From NCBI GenBank assembly GCA_963813715.1, contig CAWFAK010000005.1:192001-256000 (forward strand): DNA of 64,000 bases, read 5' to 3'. The DNA is from an uncultured Planctomycetaceae bacterium (GTDB taxonomy: Bacteria; Planctomycetota; Planctomycetia; Planctomycetales; Planctomycetaceae). Shown here piece by piece: positions 10,306 to 22,282 of the stretch. The position numbers and the translations under genes are program-made. Below the pieces are notes generated by a model. It had not been told where the DNA came from, did not search any database, and saw nothing but the letters and a program-made list of their open reading frames with translations. Positions within the stretch are counted from its first letter, which is position 1. The number at the start of each line of letters is the position of its first letter.

Positions 10306-11247
10306 TCATTCGGCCACGAGCGCGTCGACGAATGTGTCGGCATCGAAAATTTCGATGTCGTCAATCTTTTCGCCGACGCCCACGTACTTGACCGGAATGC
10401 CCATCTGCTGGCGAATGGGAACGACGACGCCTCCCTTAGCCGTGCCGTCGAGCTTGGCTAGCACGATGCCCGTGCAGCCGGCCGCTTCGGCGAAGCTTTT
10501 CGCCTGGCTCAGGCCGTTCTGGCCGGTGGTGGCGTCGATCACCAGCAGGCACTCGTGCGGCGCGTCGGGGATTTTTTTGGAAACCACGCGGCGAATCTTG
10601 GCCAGCTCGTCCATCAAGTTTTTTTGCGTCTGCAGTCGGCCCGCCGTGTCGATGATCAGCACGTCGCAGCCTGACGTGAGCGCCCGCTCGCAGCCGATGT
10701 GCGCCACGCTGGCCGGATCCGATCCGGCGGGCTGCGTGACGATTTCGCAGCCCAGCCGCTGGCTCCACATGGTGAGCTGCTCGACGGCCGCCGCGCGGAA
10801 CGTATCGCCGGCCGCCAACAGCACCTTTTTGCCCCCCGTCTGCAGCAGCTTGGCGAGCTTCGAGATGGAGGTCGTTTTTCCCGAGCCGTTGACGCCGGCC
10901 ACGAGGATCACCGTGGGTCCGCTCGCCGACTGCTTGATGGGCGAGAGCGGATCGTTCGGATTCCAGGCGGTTTGCTGCGTCCCCTTGAGGATGCCCTTGA
11001 GCTTGTCTTTGACGATGCCCCAGACGGCGTCGTTGACGACCGTGCGGCCCATATATTGTTTGCGCAGCTCGGTGACGATTTCGTCGGCCGCCTTGACCCC
11101 CAGGTCGGCCTGCACGAGCCGCGACTCGAACCGCTCGAGCTTGGCCTCATCGAGGATTTCGCCCACCTTGAAGATGTCGCGGACGTCGGTCTTCAGGAGC
11201 TGATGAGTTTTTTTCAGCCCCTGCTTGAGCTTGTCGAACAACCCCAT
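10306..11247 (-). CDS. ftsY: Signal recognition particle receptor FtsY
   Basis: GVNGSGKTT, DTFRAAA, DTAGRL, KLDGTAKGG. Confidence 0.97.
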   Translation of the reverse strand: MGLFDKLKQGLKKTHQLLKTDVRDIFKVGEILDEAKLERFESRLVQADLGVKAADEIVTELRKQYMGRTVVNDAVWGIVKDKLKGILKGTQQTAWNPNDPLSPIKQSASGPTVILVAGVNGSGKTTSISKLAKLLQTGGKKVLLAAGDTFRAAAVEQLTMWSQRLGCEIVTQPAGSDPASVAHIGCERALTSGCDVLIIDTAGRLQTQKNLMDELAKIRRVVSKKIPDAPHECLLVIDATTGQNGLSQAKSFAEAAGCTGIVLAKLDGTAKGGVVVPIRQQMGIPVKYVGVGEKIDDIEIFDADTFVDALVAE

Positions 11248-11368
11248 CGCCGCACGTCCTCGTCAGCCTGCCCGGTCTTCGTTGCGCATCACATGTCTCG
11301 CGCGAGAATCATACGGGCAGGGAGAAGGGGGCTCAACTAACGGGCGAACGGCCGGGCACCAAATGTGG

Positions 11369-11489
11369 GAATGACGAAGCACGAATGACGAAAGAATGAT
11401 CGAATGACTAAAGCCCGAATAAGTGCCCATTCCCGAAGAATTCGTGCTTCGGGCTTCGTGCTTCTTTCGTCATTCGTGCTTCGTGCTTT
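11369..11489. repeat. Inverted-repeat element built from heptamers (cgaatga/cgaagca), empty form
   Basis: Left arm gaatgacgaagcacgaatgacgaaagaatg...; right arm ...cttctttcgtcattcgtgcttcgtgcttt; arms about 20 bp apart. Confidence 0.85.
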
Positions 11490-12307
11490 TACTCAGGTGG
11501 GTGCCAGTCGCCCCAGTGGTCGAGGTAGTGGCGATACGCCGGGCTGGTGGGGGCTTGCTCTTCGAGCCAGCGCTTCGTTTCGGCGACGATCGCGTGTTCC
11601 TCGTCGAGCGACAGTTTGCCCAGGAGCACGCGGCTGCGGAGAAAGACGAAGTAGGTGTCGAGCACGTCGCAGCGGCAATAGTCGTTGAGTTCCTCCGCCT
11701 GGCCCGCGTCGTACATGTCCTGCACCTTCGAGCCGTCGATTTTGTTCTTGCCGGGCTTGCCGATCAGGTTGGCCAACAGGTTGAGGCCGCCGACCACGTA
11801 GGAGGCGCCGAAGTTGGAGAACAAGTCGCACAGATCGAGATGCGCGTCGAAGTTGTAGCGGTGGCGGGCCTGCTCGAAGCTCCTGGCTTCGAGGTTGAAC
11901 CAGGCGGGCAGGCTGATGCCGTAGCGATAGGCCGCCAGCTCGAGCACGGGAATGTCGTAGCCGCGGCCGTTGAAAGTCACCAGGATCGGCCGGCCGTAAT
12001 GCTGCCAACCCTGCCAGAACCGCTTGGTGATTTCGTGCGGACGGTAGTGGGGCGGGTCGAGGACCGAGAGATCGATCAGCCGATAGCTGGCGTCGACCTT
12101 GGCGATCGCCAGCGCGATCGGCAGGGTGAAGGTGGTAGGGAGAATGTCTTTCCCCTTTTCCTCCATCAGCTGCGCGCGAAAGCGGGCTAGCGCCTCCGCC
12201 GCGGAGAGCTTTTCGCTGGGATACTTCACGCGCGCGATCAGATCGCCGTCGCCGACCGCTTCGACGTCGAAGACCAGATAGGTGGGTTTGCGGCGGTTGT
12301 CGTCCAT
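11489..12307 (-). CDS. PolB-type 3'-5' exonuclease-like protein
   Basis: VFDVE (ExoI), [12 protein letters not shown] (ExoII), YCRCDV (ExoIII). Confidence 0.85.
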   Translation of the reverse strand: MDDNRRKPTYLVFDVEAVGDGDLIARVKYPSEKLSAAEALARFRAQLMEEKGKDILPTTFTLPIALAIAKVDASYRLIDLSVLDPPHYRPHEITKRFWQGWQHYGRPILVTFNGRGYDIPVLELAAYRYGISLPAWFNLEARSFEQARHRYNFDAHLDLCDLFSNFGASYVVGGLNLLANLIGKPGKNKIDGSKVQDMYDAGQAEELNDYCRCDVLDTYFVFLRSRVLLGKLSLDEEHAIVAETKRWLEEQAPTSPAYRHYLDHWGDWHPPE

Positions 12308-12352
12308 GCGCCGGCGCCCCTCCATGCGCCCGTGCCCGTTGTCGGGCGTCCG

Positions 12353-14115
12353 TCACGTGAGAGGGTCGTTGCTGCCCGTCGCGCCGTGCAGCTTCATTTC
12401 TCGCTCGATGTTGTGGCTCATCGTGCTGTGCCACATGCCGTAGGCAAAGTAAATGAACAACCCAGCCACAAGCCAAACCACAAGGCGGATCCACGTATCG
12501 AGAGGCAGAAACATCATCATGGCGAGGTTGACGAGAATTCCGAGCGGCGCCACGACGAAGAGTGCCGGACAGCGGAACGGCCGCTCGGCGTTGGGTCGGC
12601 TGACGCGAAGGATCATCACCGACGCGCAAACGAACACAAAGGCCAAGAGAGTCCCGATGTTGACCATCTCTTCGAGCGTTTTGACGGGGAAGAACCCGGC
12701 CGCCAGTGCGACCAGCACGCCGGTCAACATGGTCGAGCGGTGCGGCGTGCGAAACTTTTCGTGCACGACGCCGAAGATGCTGTGCGGCAGCAAGCCGTCG
12801 CGGGCCATCGCCAGGAAGACACGCGCCTGGCTCAAAAAGATCACGAGCAGCACGCTCGTCATTCCCGCTAGCGCGCCGACGGAAATCAGCCAGGCGGAGC
12901 CCCGCAACAACGAGCTATTGGTCGCTTCCGCTTTGTGCCGGAATGCGGCCGCGACGGGTGCGCCCGTATCGATCTGGTAGTAAGGCTCCATCCCCGTGAT
13001 CACGGCCGTCATCAGGATGTACAACACCGTGCACAAGATCAGCGAGGCGAGGATGCCGAACGGCACGTCGCGCTTGGGTCGGATCGCCTCCTCGGAGTGG
13101 GTGGAAATCGAGTCGAAGCCGATGTAGGCGAAGAACACCAGGGCCGCCCCTGCCATCAGTCCGGTCAAACCATAGGGGCAAAAGGGGCCGCGCACGGAGT
13201 CGTCGAACGGCGTGAGCATTTCCTTCAGACCGAGCCAACCGAGCAAACCCCACTTCTTGACTTCGGCCGGCAGCGCTTTGACCTCGGCAACCTGCTCGGA
13301 GTTCAGCTCCTTGGCCAGTTCCGGGTGCTTTTCGAGCAGTTGTTCGCCCGTTGTGTGCACGGTGACCGCACCGGGGGGAGTTGCTCCTTGATCTTGGGAT
13401 TTCGCTCGATAAAGTCGCCGACGTCGGTCATGTGGCGCTTCTCGACGGGGATTTTCGTCCAGTTATCGCGATTGATGTAACCCCATCCGAGCACGATCAC
13501 GAAGATCACGACGGCGACTTTCACCACCACGAGCACGGCGTTGGTCGTCGCGCTTTCCCGGATTCCCAACACCAGGATCACCGTGATCAGACCCATGATG
13601 AGGATGGCCGGCAGGTTCATCACGCCGCCGGAAAACGGGTCGTTCAAGAGTTGCGCAGGGATCACCCATTCATGTCCCTCGCCGACAAAGACCCTCGAGG
13701 TCGCGCGGACGAACTCGTTGAGATAGCTCGACCAGTGGGCCGCCACGACCGAACACGACATGGCGTATTCGAGCACCAGGTCCCAGCCGATGATCCAAGC
13801 CCAGATTTCGCCGAGCGTGGCGTAGGTGTAGGTGTAGGCGCTGCCGGCGACGGGCGCCATCGAAGCAAACTCGGCGTAGCAGAGCGCGGCGAACGTGCAG
13901 GCGAGCCCCGCCACGATGAAAGAAATCATGATGCCGGGCCCCGCGTCTTGCGCGGCCACGCGCCCGGTAATCGAAAAGATGCCGGCGCCGATGATCGCGC
14001 CGACGCCCAGCGACGTGAGTGAGATGGGACCCAGGACGCGGCGGAGCCGGTTCTCCCCGGCCATCTCTTCCAGCAGCGTTTCCAGCGTTTTACGCTGGAA
14101 CATCCGCTTCAACAT
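12353..14115 (-). CDS. APC-family amino acid permease (frameshift near 13370)
   Basis: LGVGAIIGAGIF and CYAEFASMAPVAGSAY in the 5' ORF; FFAYIGFD and MARDGLLP in the 3' ORF. Confidence 0.9.
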
Positions 14116-14342
14116 GGACACGACTCCCCAGGGCAGATTTGCCGTCGCGTCCCCGCGGTGCCGAGCGGCACTCATCACGGGACGTTTGATGCCAGGTTTG
14201 CGGCACTGCGAACCCCGGGAAGGCGAAACAATCGCCAAGCGCGCTCTCGGGGCGTTCGGCCGGACTGATCAGTCTAACCGAGCCCGCCCCCGAATTAAAA
14301 GCGCCGTGCGCGCGGCCGCCAGAGAGTCGTCCAGCGAGTCGT

Positions 14343-15566
14343 CTACTGGCAGATGAATTCGACCTCGAAGACGATTTGCTTGAGCTTCGGGTGATTCGTG
14401 TCGAGCGTGACGTGAACGCTATCGGGGCTCACCCGCGTGACCGCCGGCGATCCGGGGGGCAGCTCGAAGATGAAATTGGCCCCCTGCTGCTCGCCCGAGG
14501 TGATTTCCTTGTTCGGCACGACCGTGACCTTCAAGTACTCCGCGTCGTTCGTCGTCTTGAGAACTTTGAAGTTGTCCTTCATGCCGTAAATGATGGCCGG
14601 CAGCGTGACCTTCGAGCCGACGTCGCGGCGGACCTGACCCAGGTTGAGCCGCTGCTTCTCGTTCTGCCACAAGCCACGGCCTTCCGGCGGCAGGAACAGG
14701 ATCGGTCCCGATCGCGTGCCGGTGACGTCGATCTCGATCGTCTTGCCCCCCTCGAGGGTGGTATGGATTCGCAGCGGCACGCGGAACGTCCCCACGGGCA
14801 TATCGCGATCGACCTTGACGGTGAATTCATAGCCCGCTTTGCCGCGTAAGCTCATGAGTGCCATGACGTCGAGGGGCGCGAAGGTCACTTTGACGTGCGG
14901 GTTGGCCGAATCGATCGACGTGACCTTGAACGCGTCGATCATCGAGGCCACCTGGCCGGTCGTCACCCCTTCTTGAACGTCGGTCACGTGGCCGGCGTGC
15001 CAATCCTTTTGGGGAATCACCACGTACTTCTCGACGACCTTGCCATAGACCTTGAACTGGATGTCCGGCGCGTCGGGATCGCTGGTCCAAATCGTCGCGT
15101 ACTGGGCGAAGTTCGTCTGCAGTTCCTTGCCCCGCCAGGTCAGCTCGACGTCGACCGATTCGCCCGGCATGACCTTCTTCTTGGAGAGGGTGCCGACGGT
15201 GCATTTGCAGCTCGACGGGCCAACTTCGAGATCCAGCGGGCCCTGGCCAGCGTTCTTGATGGAGAAGGTGTGCTTCTTCTCTTCGTTCAGCGCCATCGAG
15301 CCGAATTCGTAGACGCGAGGCCCCGTGGCCGCCTTGGGGAAGGGGGCCTTATCGGCCAGGGGCGGCCGCTTCGGCTTCTTGGCATCGTCTTCCTTCGGCG
15401 GCGGAGGAGGCAAAGGCTGGACGGGGCCCTTGCTCCCGCGCGGGTCAATCAGGGCTCTATTGCCTTCGGTCTTCGGCACCCATGGGGCGTAACGGGCGCA
15501 CCAAATGGTACCCGCCAGCGCTCCCGTTCCGAGGACGACTCCCAGAATCGCGCCTAGAGCTCGCAT
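14343..15566 (-). CDS. DUF1573-domain (Ig-like) membrane-anchored protein
   Basis: N-terminal hydrophobic anchor; YEFGSM...F.IKN.G..PL...SSCKCT...PGES...TSDP motif. Confidence 0.75.
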   Translation of the reverse strand: MRALGAILGVVLGTGALAGTIWCARYAPWVPKTEGNRALIDPRGSKGPVQPLPPPPPKEDDAKKPKRPPLADKAPFPKAATGPRVYEFGSMALNEEKKHTFSIKNAGQGPLDLEVGPSSCKCTVGTLSKKKVMPGESVDVELTWRGKELQTNFAQYATIWTSDPDAPDIQFKVYGKVVEKYVVIPQKDWHAGHVTDVQEGVTTGQVASMIDAFKVTSIDSANPHVKVTFAPLDVMALMSLRGKAGYEFTVKVDRDMPVGTFRVPLRIHTTLEGGKTIEIDVTGTRSGPILFLPPEGRGLWQNEKQRLNLGQVRRDVGSKVTLPAIIYGMKDNFKVLKTTNDAEYLKVTVVPNKEITSGEQQGANFIFELPPGSPAVTRVSPDSVHVTLDTNHPKLKQIVFEVEFICQ

Positions 15567-16044
15567 GGCCTCGCACTCCGCCAAAAAGCAACGAACAGGG
15601 CAGGCTCGCACGAGCCCGCCCTGGTCGATTTTCAGACCTTCATTCTAAACGTGCCCACAGCGCGTTCAATCACGGCAAACCGCATCGCGGCGAAGATCCT
15701 TAAGGAGGGGTCGAAGAGAACGCCTGCGCCTGACGGGAAGAATTCGCCGCCAACACTACGACCAACCCGGCGTCCGCGTTGGGGAAAGAGCCGAATGTCC
15801 AGGTTTTTTGGCGACCCGACCCAGTTTATGTTGCCGAAAGGCATCAAGCCGCGTTGATAGACGGAAACCATGATGGCAAAAGGCCACACGCCGCCCGGCC
15901 GGGCAGGGTTGGGCCCAAACCGGCGGCCTGGGACCGGCAACCGTTCGTTGATCCGCAGCAAGTCGGACCTAGAATTGCTCCAGAAGTGAACCGAGCCTGC
16001 CACACCCGTGGGGGCGATCGGAAAGCAATCAGTAAGGTGAAAAA

Positions 16045-16335
16045 ATGGCCATTACGAAAGATAAAGTGCTGTCGCTGGTCGTCTTCGCCGCGGTTGCCGT
16101 GGCCCTGGTCACCATCCTGAGCGCGGCCGCCGTTCCCGGCATCGGCCTGTTCGTCGCCCTGATGGTCTCGCTGGGCGGACTGGCGCTGATTTGGTTCGCC
16201 GAACCGCTGGGCGAGACCGCCTGCTTCTCGCGTGGCGTGCCCCGCCCGTCGCCGGCCCCGCTGATCAGCCTGATTGGCTGGATTTTCTTGGTCGGCTATC
16301 CGCTCTTGATGACCGTGGTCACCCGGGCGATTTAA
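16045..16335 (+). CDS. Small membrane protein (96 aa)
   Basis: AAGGTG RBS; three hydrophobic helices. Confidence 0.65.
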   Translation: MAITKDKVLSLVVFAAVAVALVTILSAAAVPGIGLFVALMVSLGGLALIWFAEPLGETACFSRGVPRPSPAPLISLIGWIFLVGYPLLMTVVTRAI

Positions 16336-16341
16336 AGGCCC

Positions 16342-16514
16342 AGTCCCAAGGTCCAACGTCCAAGGTCCAAAGTCGCGAACGGCCGGATCCGGCTCACCGG
16401 GTTCGGCCGCGCGGCTTTGGGCCTTTTTTTGTTCCACCACAAAGCCGACCCAGCCGGCTACAGCGGTCCAAAGTCGCCTTCGACCTTGGGACTTTGGACT
16501 CAGGATCCTGGACT
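16342..16514. repeat. Heptamer (gtccaag) tandem arms in inverted orientation, copy 1
   Basis: gtcccaaggtccaacgtccaaggtccaaagtc ... gaccttgggactttggactc. Confidence 0.7.
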
Positions 16515-16734
16515 TCCTCGGGGGGGACCCCCTAGGAAAACTCCCTATTGCCGAACTCGCGGCGAAGTGATCTATTAACTGAACAATTCTCTCTGCGCGG
16601 GGGGAGTCAATCGTCTGGGTGTGCGGCCCACCCCGGCCGCCGATGCCCATGTTGCGGATGGGATTAGAGATTGGCGTCCGCCGAGCGAGACGAGGCGGTC
16701 GGACGGCGCGACTGAACGCACGAACGGGTCGCCG

Positions 16735-18393
16735 ATGAGCGTCTCGACCAAGGGCGAGTTTTTCCGCCTCCTCAAACGCAGTGGTCTGCTCTCGCCCGAA
16801 AAACGGGTCGAGGCGAAGCACCTGTGCCAGGGCGTCACCGACGCCACCCAGGCCAGCAACGTGCTGGTTCAGCACAACCTGCTCACCGAATGGCAGGCTG
16901 CGCAACTGCTCTTGGGTCGCACGCAGTTCTTTCTGGGCAAATACAAGCTGCTCAAGTTCCGCGGCCGCGGCGCGATGGGCATCGTCTTCAAGGCCCAGCA
17001 CCCCGATTTCGATCGCAGCGTCGCCATCAAGGTGCTGCCCAAGTCGATCGTCGATCGCCCCCGCTCGGTCGCCCGCTTCTTGCGCGAGATCCGCTCGACG
17101 GCCGCCCTCAACCATCCGAACCTGGTCGTCGCCTACGACGCCGACGAAATCGACGGCACCTACTGTCTCGTGATGGAGTACGTCACCGGCCGCAGCTTGA
17201 AGATGCTGCTGCAACAATTCGGACGTCTGCCGCCGGTCTGGTCCTGCGAGTGCATGTATCAGGCGGCCCTCGCCCTGCAGCACATCCACGACTGCGACCT
17301 GGTCCACCGCGACGTCAAACCGTCGAACGTGCTGGTGACGACCAACCCGCCCGATCCGCGCCCCGTGGTCAAACTGCTCGACATTGGACTGGCTCGTTTC
17401 GTCAGCGAAGTCGAAGAGGAGGGCGGCCTCACCCGCGACGGCCAGATCGTCGGCACCGGCAACTACATGTCACCCGAGCAAGTGGCCAACGCCCGCAAGG
17501 CCGACATCCGCGCCGATATTTACGGCCTCGGCGTAACCTTCTTCGAGCTGCTGACCGGGACCTGCCCGCTCGCCGGTCAAACGCTCGTGCAGACCTACAT
17601 GAATCGGCTCCGCAACGAGCCGCCCCGCGTTTCGACGTTGTGCCCCAACGCGCCCCGCGGGCTCGACGCGGTCATCGACAAAATGCTCAAGCGCGACGTC
17701 AACGAGCGCTATCAAACGCCCGCCGCGCTCGCCGCCGATCTGTCCGCCATCCTCGAGGGACGCGGCGAAGAGGAAGACGCCCCGTTCTTTGCCGAAATTC
17801 CGCCCGACCAGTTTCGGGGCGACGAGCCGAATTGCGATGCGAGCGTGGGAGCCAATTGGCGCGACCCTCGCGTCAACCTCTCGCTTCCCTCCGACCCCAC
17901 GCTGTCGGCAGACGCGACGGTGCCCACGGATAACGCGTCCGCAGGCGGGCCCGTCCCGTTCGCGATCGAGGCCCCGTGGCCGCCGACTCAGTTCGATTCC
18001 AGCGGCGAGATGTCGGTCGTGGGCTCGGCCGACGGTTCGACGGCCCAACCCTCCGGCGATCCGGCCGCCGATTCGTCGGTCGTCGAGTTTCTGCAGCTCT
18101 TGGACACTCAGTCGGACGACGTGTTTCGCCAAATCGGCCAGCGTTATGCCGGCGGTACGTCACGCGGCAAAATCCCGGAACTGGCCGCGCAGTCCTCGCA
18201 GTTTCTCCGGCAACTGGTCAAAGGACTCGCCGGCAAAGCCCGCTCGAAGGGCAAGAAGCGTGTCGCTCCGAAGAGCGGCGCCACGCCCAAGCCGCGGGCC
18301 AAATCGAAGACCGAGCCGGCGCCGGCCACTCCGAAAGCCCGCCGTCGCAAGGCCGGCCCCCACCCGAAGACGCGCAAGCCGGGAGATGACTGA
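16735..18393 (+). CDS. Ser/Thr protein kinase with an acidic then basic disordered tail
   Basis: GRGAMGIV, VAIK, HRDVKPSN, DIGLA, GTGNYMSPEQ. Confidence 0.92.
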   Translation: MSVSTKGEFFRLLKRSGLLSPEKRVEAKHLCQGVTDATQASNVLVQHNLLTEWQAAQLLLGRTQFFLGKYKLLKFRGRGAMGIVFKAQHPDFDRSVAIKVLPKSIVDRPRSVARFLREIRSTAALNHPNLVVAYDADEIDGTYCLVMEYVTGRSLKMLLQQFGRLPPVWSCECMYQAALALQHIHDCDLVHRDVKPSNVLVTTNPPDPRPVVKLLDIGLARFVSEVEEEGGLTRDGQIVGTGNYMSPEQVANARKADIRADIYGLGVTFFELLTGTCPLAGQTLVQTYMNRLRNEPPRVSTLCPNAPRGLDAVIDKMLKRDVNERYQTPAALAADLSAILEGRGEEEDAPFFAEIPPDQFRGDEPNCDASVGANWRDPRVNLSLPSDPTLSADATVPTDNASAGGPVPFAIEAPWPPTQFDSSGEMSVVGSADGSTAQPSGDPAADSSVVEFLQLLDTQSDDVFRQIGQRYAGGTSRGKIPELAAQSSQFLRQLVKGLAGKARSKGKKRVAPKSGATPKPRAKSKTEPAPATPKARRRKAGPHPKTRKPGDD

Positions 18394-18645
18394 CCGTCCC
18401 TCCCGATCGGTTAGTACGCCAAGAACCGCCGAGCCGCGTCGCGGCTAGCCGACGGCCGCTGCCTTCTCCTTTTCCGACCGTCGAAGCGCGCGTAATTCGT
18501 TCGCATCGGCGTGGTCGATAGGTTAAGGTGGAGACGAAGCATTTCCGTCTCCGACTCTCCGCTTTTTGCTGGTCATCCGCCCGCTGCTGCTCCTGCCGCG
18601 TCCCGCCTCGCCGCGTTCTCGCGCGGTCCGAAGGACTCCCGCCAT

Positions 18646-20608
18646 GTCTGTCCCATTCGCTCGTCGCTGCCCCCTCGCGCCTCGTGAGTTGCGTCACCTC
18701 TGGGCTTGTCTCGCTGCGCTGACTTTGACGTTTGTTACGTTAGCGCGGCCATGCGCTCGAGCCGGCGCGGATTCAGCAGGCGGTCGCACTGCCTCGTCTC
18801 ACTCCGGGTCCTCCGCGTCAGCCGTGCCCGGCACCGAAGTCATGATCTCCACGCCGATGGCGCCGACGGCCTGGGCGGTGCTCGAGCGCGAGTTGTTGCG
18901 GGCCAATGCCATCGCCTGTCGCGAGTTCTTTCACAAGTACTTCGACGAGCGCGGCTACTTGAAGTGCGTCGAGCGGTGGGGCGGAGACGACGGGCCCGAC
19001 GACGCCATCGAAAACCTGAGCGATTGGCCCATCCTGCACGCGCTCGGCGCGCCGGCCGTCGTGCTCGACATGTACAAGCAGGGCTGGGAAGGACACCTGC
19101 GGCAATACACGCAGGCCAAAACCAAGCAGGTCCCCTTCGCCCGCGCCGGGATGTACTACAAAGAATTTCCGGTGATGTTCGACTGGCTGCACAACGGCGA
19201 AGGGCTCACGCCGTTCGACCTGCAGGGGCTCGCCGATCCGAACGACGCCAAATTCCAGTCCCGCGTCCGCCGCTTCGCCGGCTTCTACACCAACGAAGAT
19301 GCCGGATGCTCCCAACTACGACGCAGCCCACAAGATCATCCGCAGCATGTTCAACGGCAGCCGCGGTCCGCTGTTGCGCAAGGCGACGGCCTCGACTGGG
19401 CCGGCGATCCGATCGACGTCGGCAATCGCTTCAAGCCGCTGCACGGCGAACACAACTACGCCCAGATGCTCGCCCACTTCGAGAAGTACAACGACATCGT
19501 GGGTGACAATCCCATGAACCTGGAGGCGACGTCGCTCGCCTTCAACGCCTACGCCCTCGCCCAGGATCCCAAGTACAAGCGCTGGCTGCTGGAGTACGTC
19601 GACGCCTGGGTCGATCGCACGCGGGCCAACCACGACATCATTCCCAGCAACGTCGGCTTGGACGGCGTGATCGGCAGCGGAGCCGGCGGCAAATGGTACG
19701 GCGGCGTCTACGGCTGGGGCTTCACGGTTCGCGACCCGGCGACCGGCCGCATGTCCAACCGCAATCAAACGGGGCTCGCGGTCACCGGCTTCGGCAACGC
19801 GCTCTTGCTCACGGGAAACCGCAAGTACGTCGACGTCTGGCGGAAGATGATCGACGCGGTCAACGCCAACGGCCGCCGCATCGACGGCCAGATGATGTAT
19901 CCCACGATGTACGGCGATCAAGGCTGGTATGCCTTCACGCCGAGGAAGTACGCGTTCGCCGCGCTCAAGGTCTGGTACTGGTCGATGGATCCGGCCGATC
20001 GCGAACGCGTGGGCGATAACGGCTGGCTCAATTACCTCGACGGCAAAGATCCCGAATACCCCGACCGCACGCTTGCCCAGGAATTTCTCGCCATCCGCAG
20101 CCACATCGACGGCCTCCGCGCGGACCGCACCACGCCGCAAACCCGTTTGGCCGACGATCCGCTGGCCTACAATCCGGCCACGGTCTACGCGCTCATCAAC
20201 CTGATGCTGGGCGGCCTCTACCCCGGCCACGTCGGCTCGCCCTTACATTGCCGCGTGCGTTACTTCGATCCCGAGAAACGCCGCGCGGGCGTGCCCGACG
20301 ACGTCGCCGCGCTCGTCGACCACCTGACCGACACGCAAACTGGCATCACGCTGATCAACCTCAACCCCGTCGCCGGCCACTCGGTGATCGTGCAAGGTGG
20401 AGCCTACGCCGAACACCAATTCGCGGACGTCACGATCGACGGCCACAAACGCGCGGTCGACGCCCCGTCATTCACCGTGCAACTCGCCCCCGGCAGCGGC
20501 GCGCACCTGGTGCTGACGACCCATCGCTACGCCAATCCGCCGAGCCTGAAGTTCCCCTGGGAGCAGGCGCGTGCGGCGCAGGTCGTCGCGACTCGGCACG
20601 GGAAATGA
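18646..20608 (+). CDS. Conserved exported hypothetical protein (start uncertain; two compensating frameshifts about 19300-19390)
   Basis: Long ORF with RWGGDDGPDD and WYGGVYGW motifs. An alternative frame supplies PDAPNYDAAHKIIRSMFNGSRGPLLRKAT for the garbled stretch. Confidence 0.7.
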
Positions 20609-20631
20609 AAGCTACGGCCGTGACGCAATGT

Positions 20632-21466
20632 TCAGCGTCGGTGCGGATCGCGTGTCACGGCTGGCCGATCAACTTTGCCGTCCATCAGAACGAACAGTCG
20701 CAAATCTGCCCAGTCGTCTGTTCTCTGATCGGGCCGTTTATAGCTCCAAAAGGTCGCTTCCCAACACCACCGGCCTAAGGAATCGTTGGGGACCAAGTCC
20801 AACGCCACAAATTCCCATTTATGGTCCGTCGAGTCCTTCACTAGTGTGTTCTTCATCGCAGTCGCGAGATTAATTGCCCTGCGCGCTGAGCGGCGGATTT
20901 TCGGCGGCGGGGTTCCACACCGGCGATGTGCCGAGGCCTTCTCCAGGTATGGACATGAAGAATTTGCCTTCGGCGTGACTGTTCGAGCCTGGCCCTGCGA
21001 CTTCCGGCGACTGTGGATAATCGTCACTGTTTTTGCGGACCGGCTGGACGATTGCGCCATCCATCAGCACGACGACAAAACAATAAGGGACCCCGCCCCC
21101 AATGCCCCCATTGATCGGATCCGCTTCGTAATAGGCGACCCAGTACCACTTCTCGCGCCGGTGATGTCGCAGGCTGAGCGACTGAAACTGCCATTTCCAA
21201 CCATTCGCGTCCTTAAAGAAAACGGACCGAAATTCGTTTGCTGCCTTAAGTGCTTTGCGGGCCGACAGCGGAGGGTCGCTTGCCTCTTTTTGCCATGAGG
21301 GCGTCAGCTTGAGCTTGGCATCCGTCACAGTGACCACGTAGAGCGTGTAGCGGGGGTTGGCGTCGCACCCGAGACTGACGAATTCTGTCTCTTCGGCGAG
21401 TGCACTCGTTGCGAGCATGGCGCTGAAGACGCCCACGGCTGCGAGTCGTCGGCCTGCCTTGTTCAT
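20632..21466 (-). CDS. Secreted protein with two tandem copies of a ~110-aa domain (frameshift near 20885)
   Basis: Signal peptide ending ALA. Both halves carry PxW...PPLSAR.A...KD....W.F..L.L.....W.W.A....VLMDG....P. Confidence 0.65.
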
Positions 21467-21690
21467 TTGATGCGACCCTTCGATTCCGGCCTAGGCTACG
21501 TCGACGCGCGCTTGGCAGTGCCTTCTTCAAGGAGTCCGGCCGCGGTCCACATCATACCGCGCGGAACGCCTATTTGGCCCCGATCGAACAGGTCGACGGG
21601 GCCCGCCTTTTCCCGATAGAGCCACGCCCCCACTAGTGTCGCCAGGGTGCGCGTCCGGCAATTCGCAGTTAAAATGCGAGGTACGCCAAT

Positions 21691-21727
21691 AAAAAAAGGC
21701 TCTCGCCCAACAAAGCCGGCGAGAGCC
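21691..21727 (-). terminator. Intrinsic terminator (minus strand)
   Basis: ggctctcgcc...ggcgagagcc stem with A7 on the plus strand. Confidence 0.6.
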
Positions 21728-22282
21728 TCGCAAAGAGGGAGGAGCCGAGCCGCGCATCGACCAATTGCACCGACCCGTGCGTGCAGTGCCCTTCTCGGGC
21801 ATTCCTCGCACCGCGACAGCACTCGAATGACACACCGCCCGGGCAAGACGCCGCGGGGATGAGACAACGCGACTGACGCGGAATCGAGTTACGGGAAACG
21901 CAGGACGAGCCGAATGCTCAGACGTGCGGACCTCGCCGCCGAAAATCGGGGGCGGGCTCCTCTCACACAAACCTGTCCGGCGGATCTTGCATGCATGCCC
22001 TCCAAAAAAGGAAAAGCACGACACATCACGCAAACCGGTGGCATACCACGGGAGGCAGGCCACAGGCGGGAAACGCGGCGGCTTACGCGCCCGCTCCCCA
22101 CTGCCAATCCTACTCCGATCGCGGTGACTTTCAAGAAGAATTTGCGAACGACTTTTAACCAAATCACGGTTTAATCAAAGTTGAGCAAAAGCGGCCGGAG
22201 CCGCAACGCGGCTACACGTCCGCGCCAGACGAGAATTCAGCACGAAATCAGCAAACCAGCGCAGCAACAACGGAAGGCTCCC

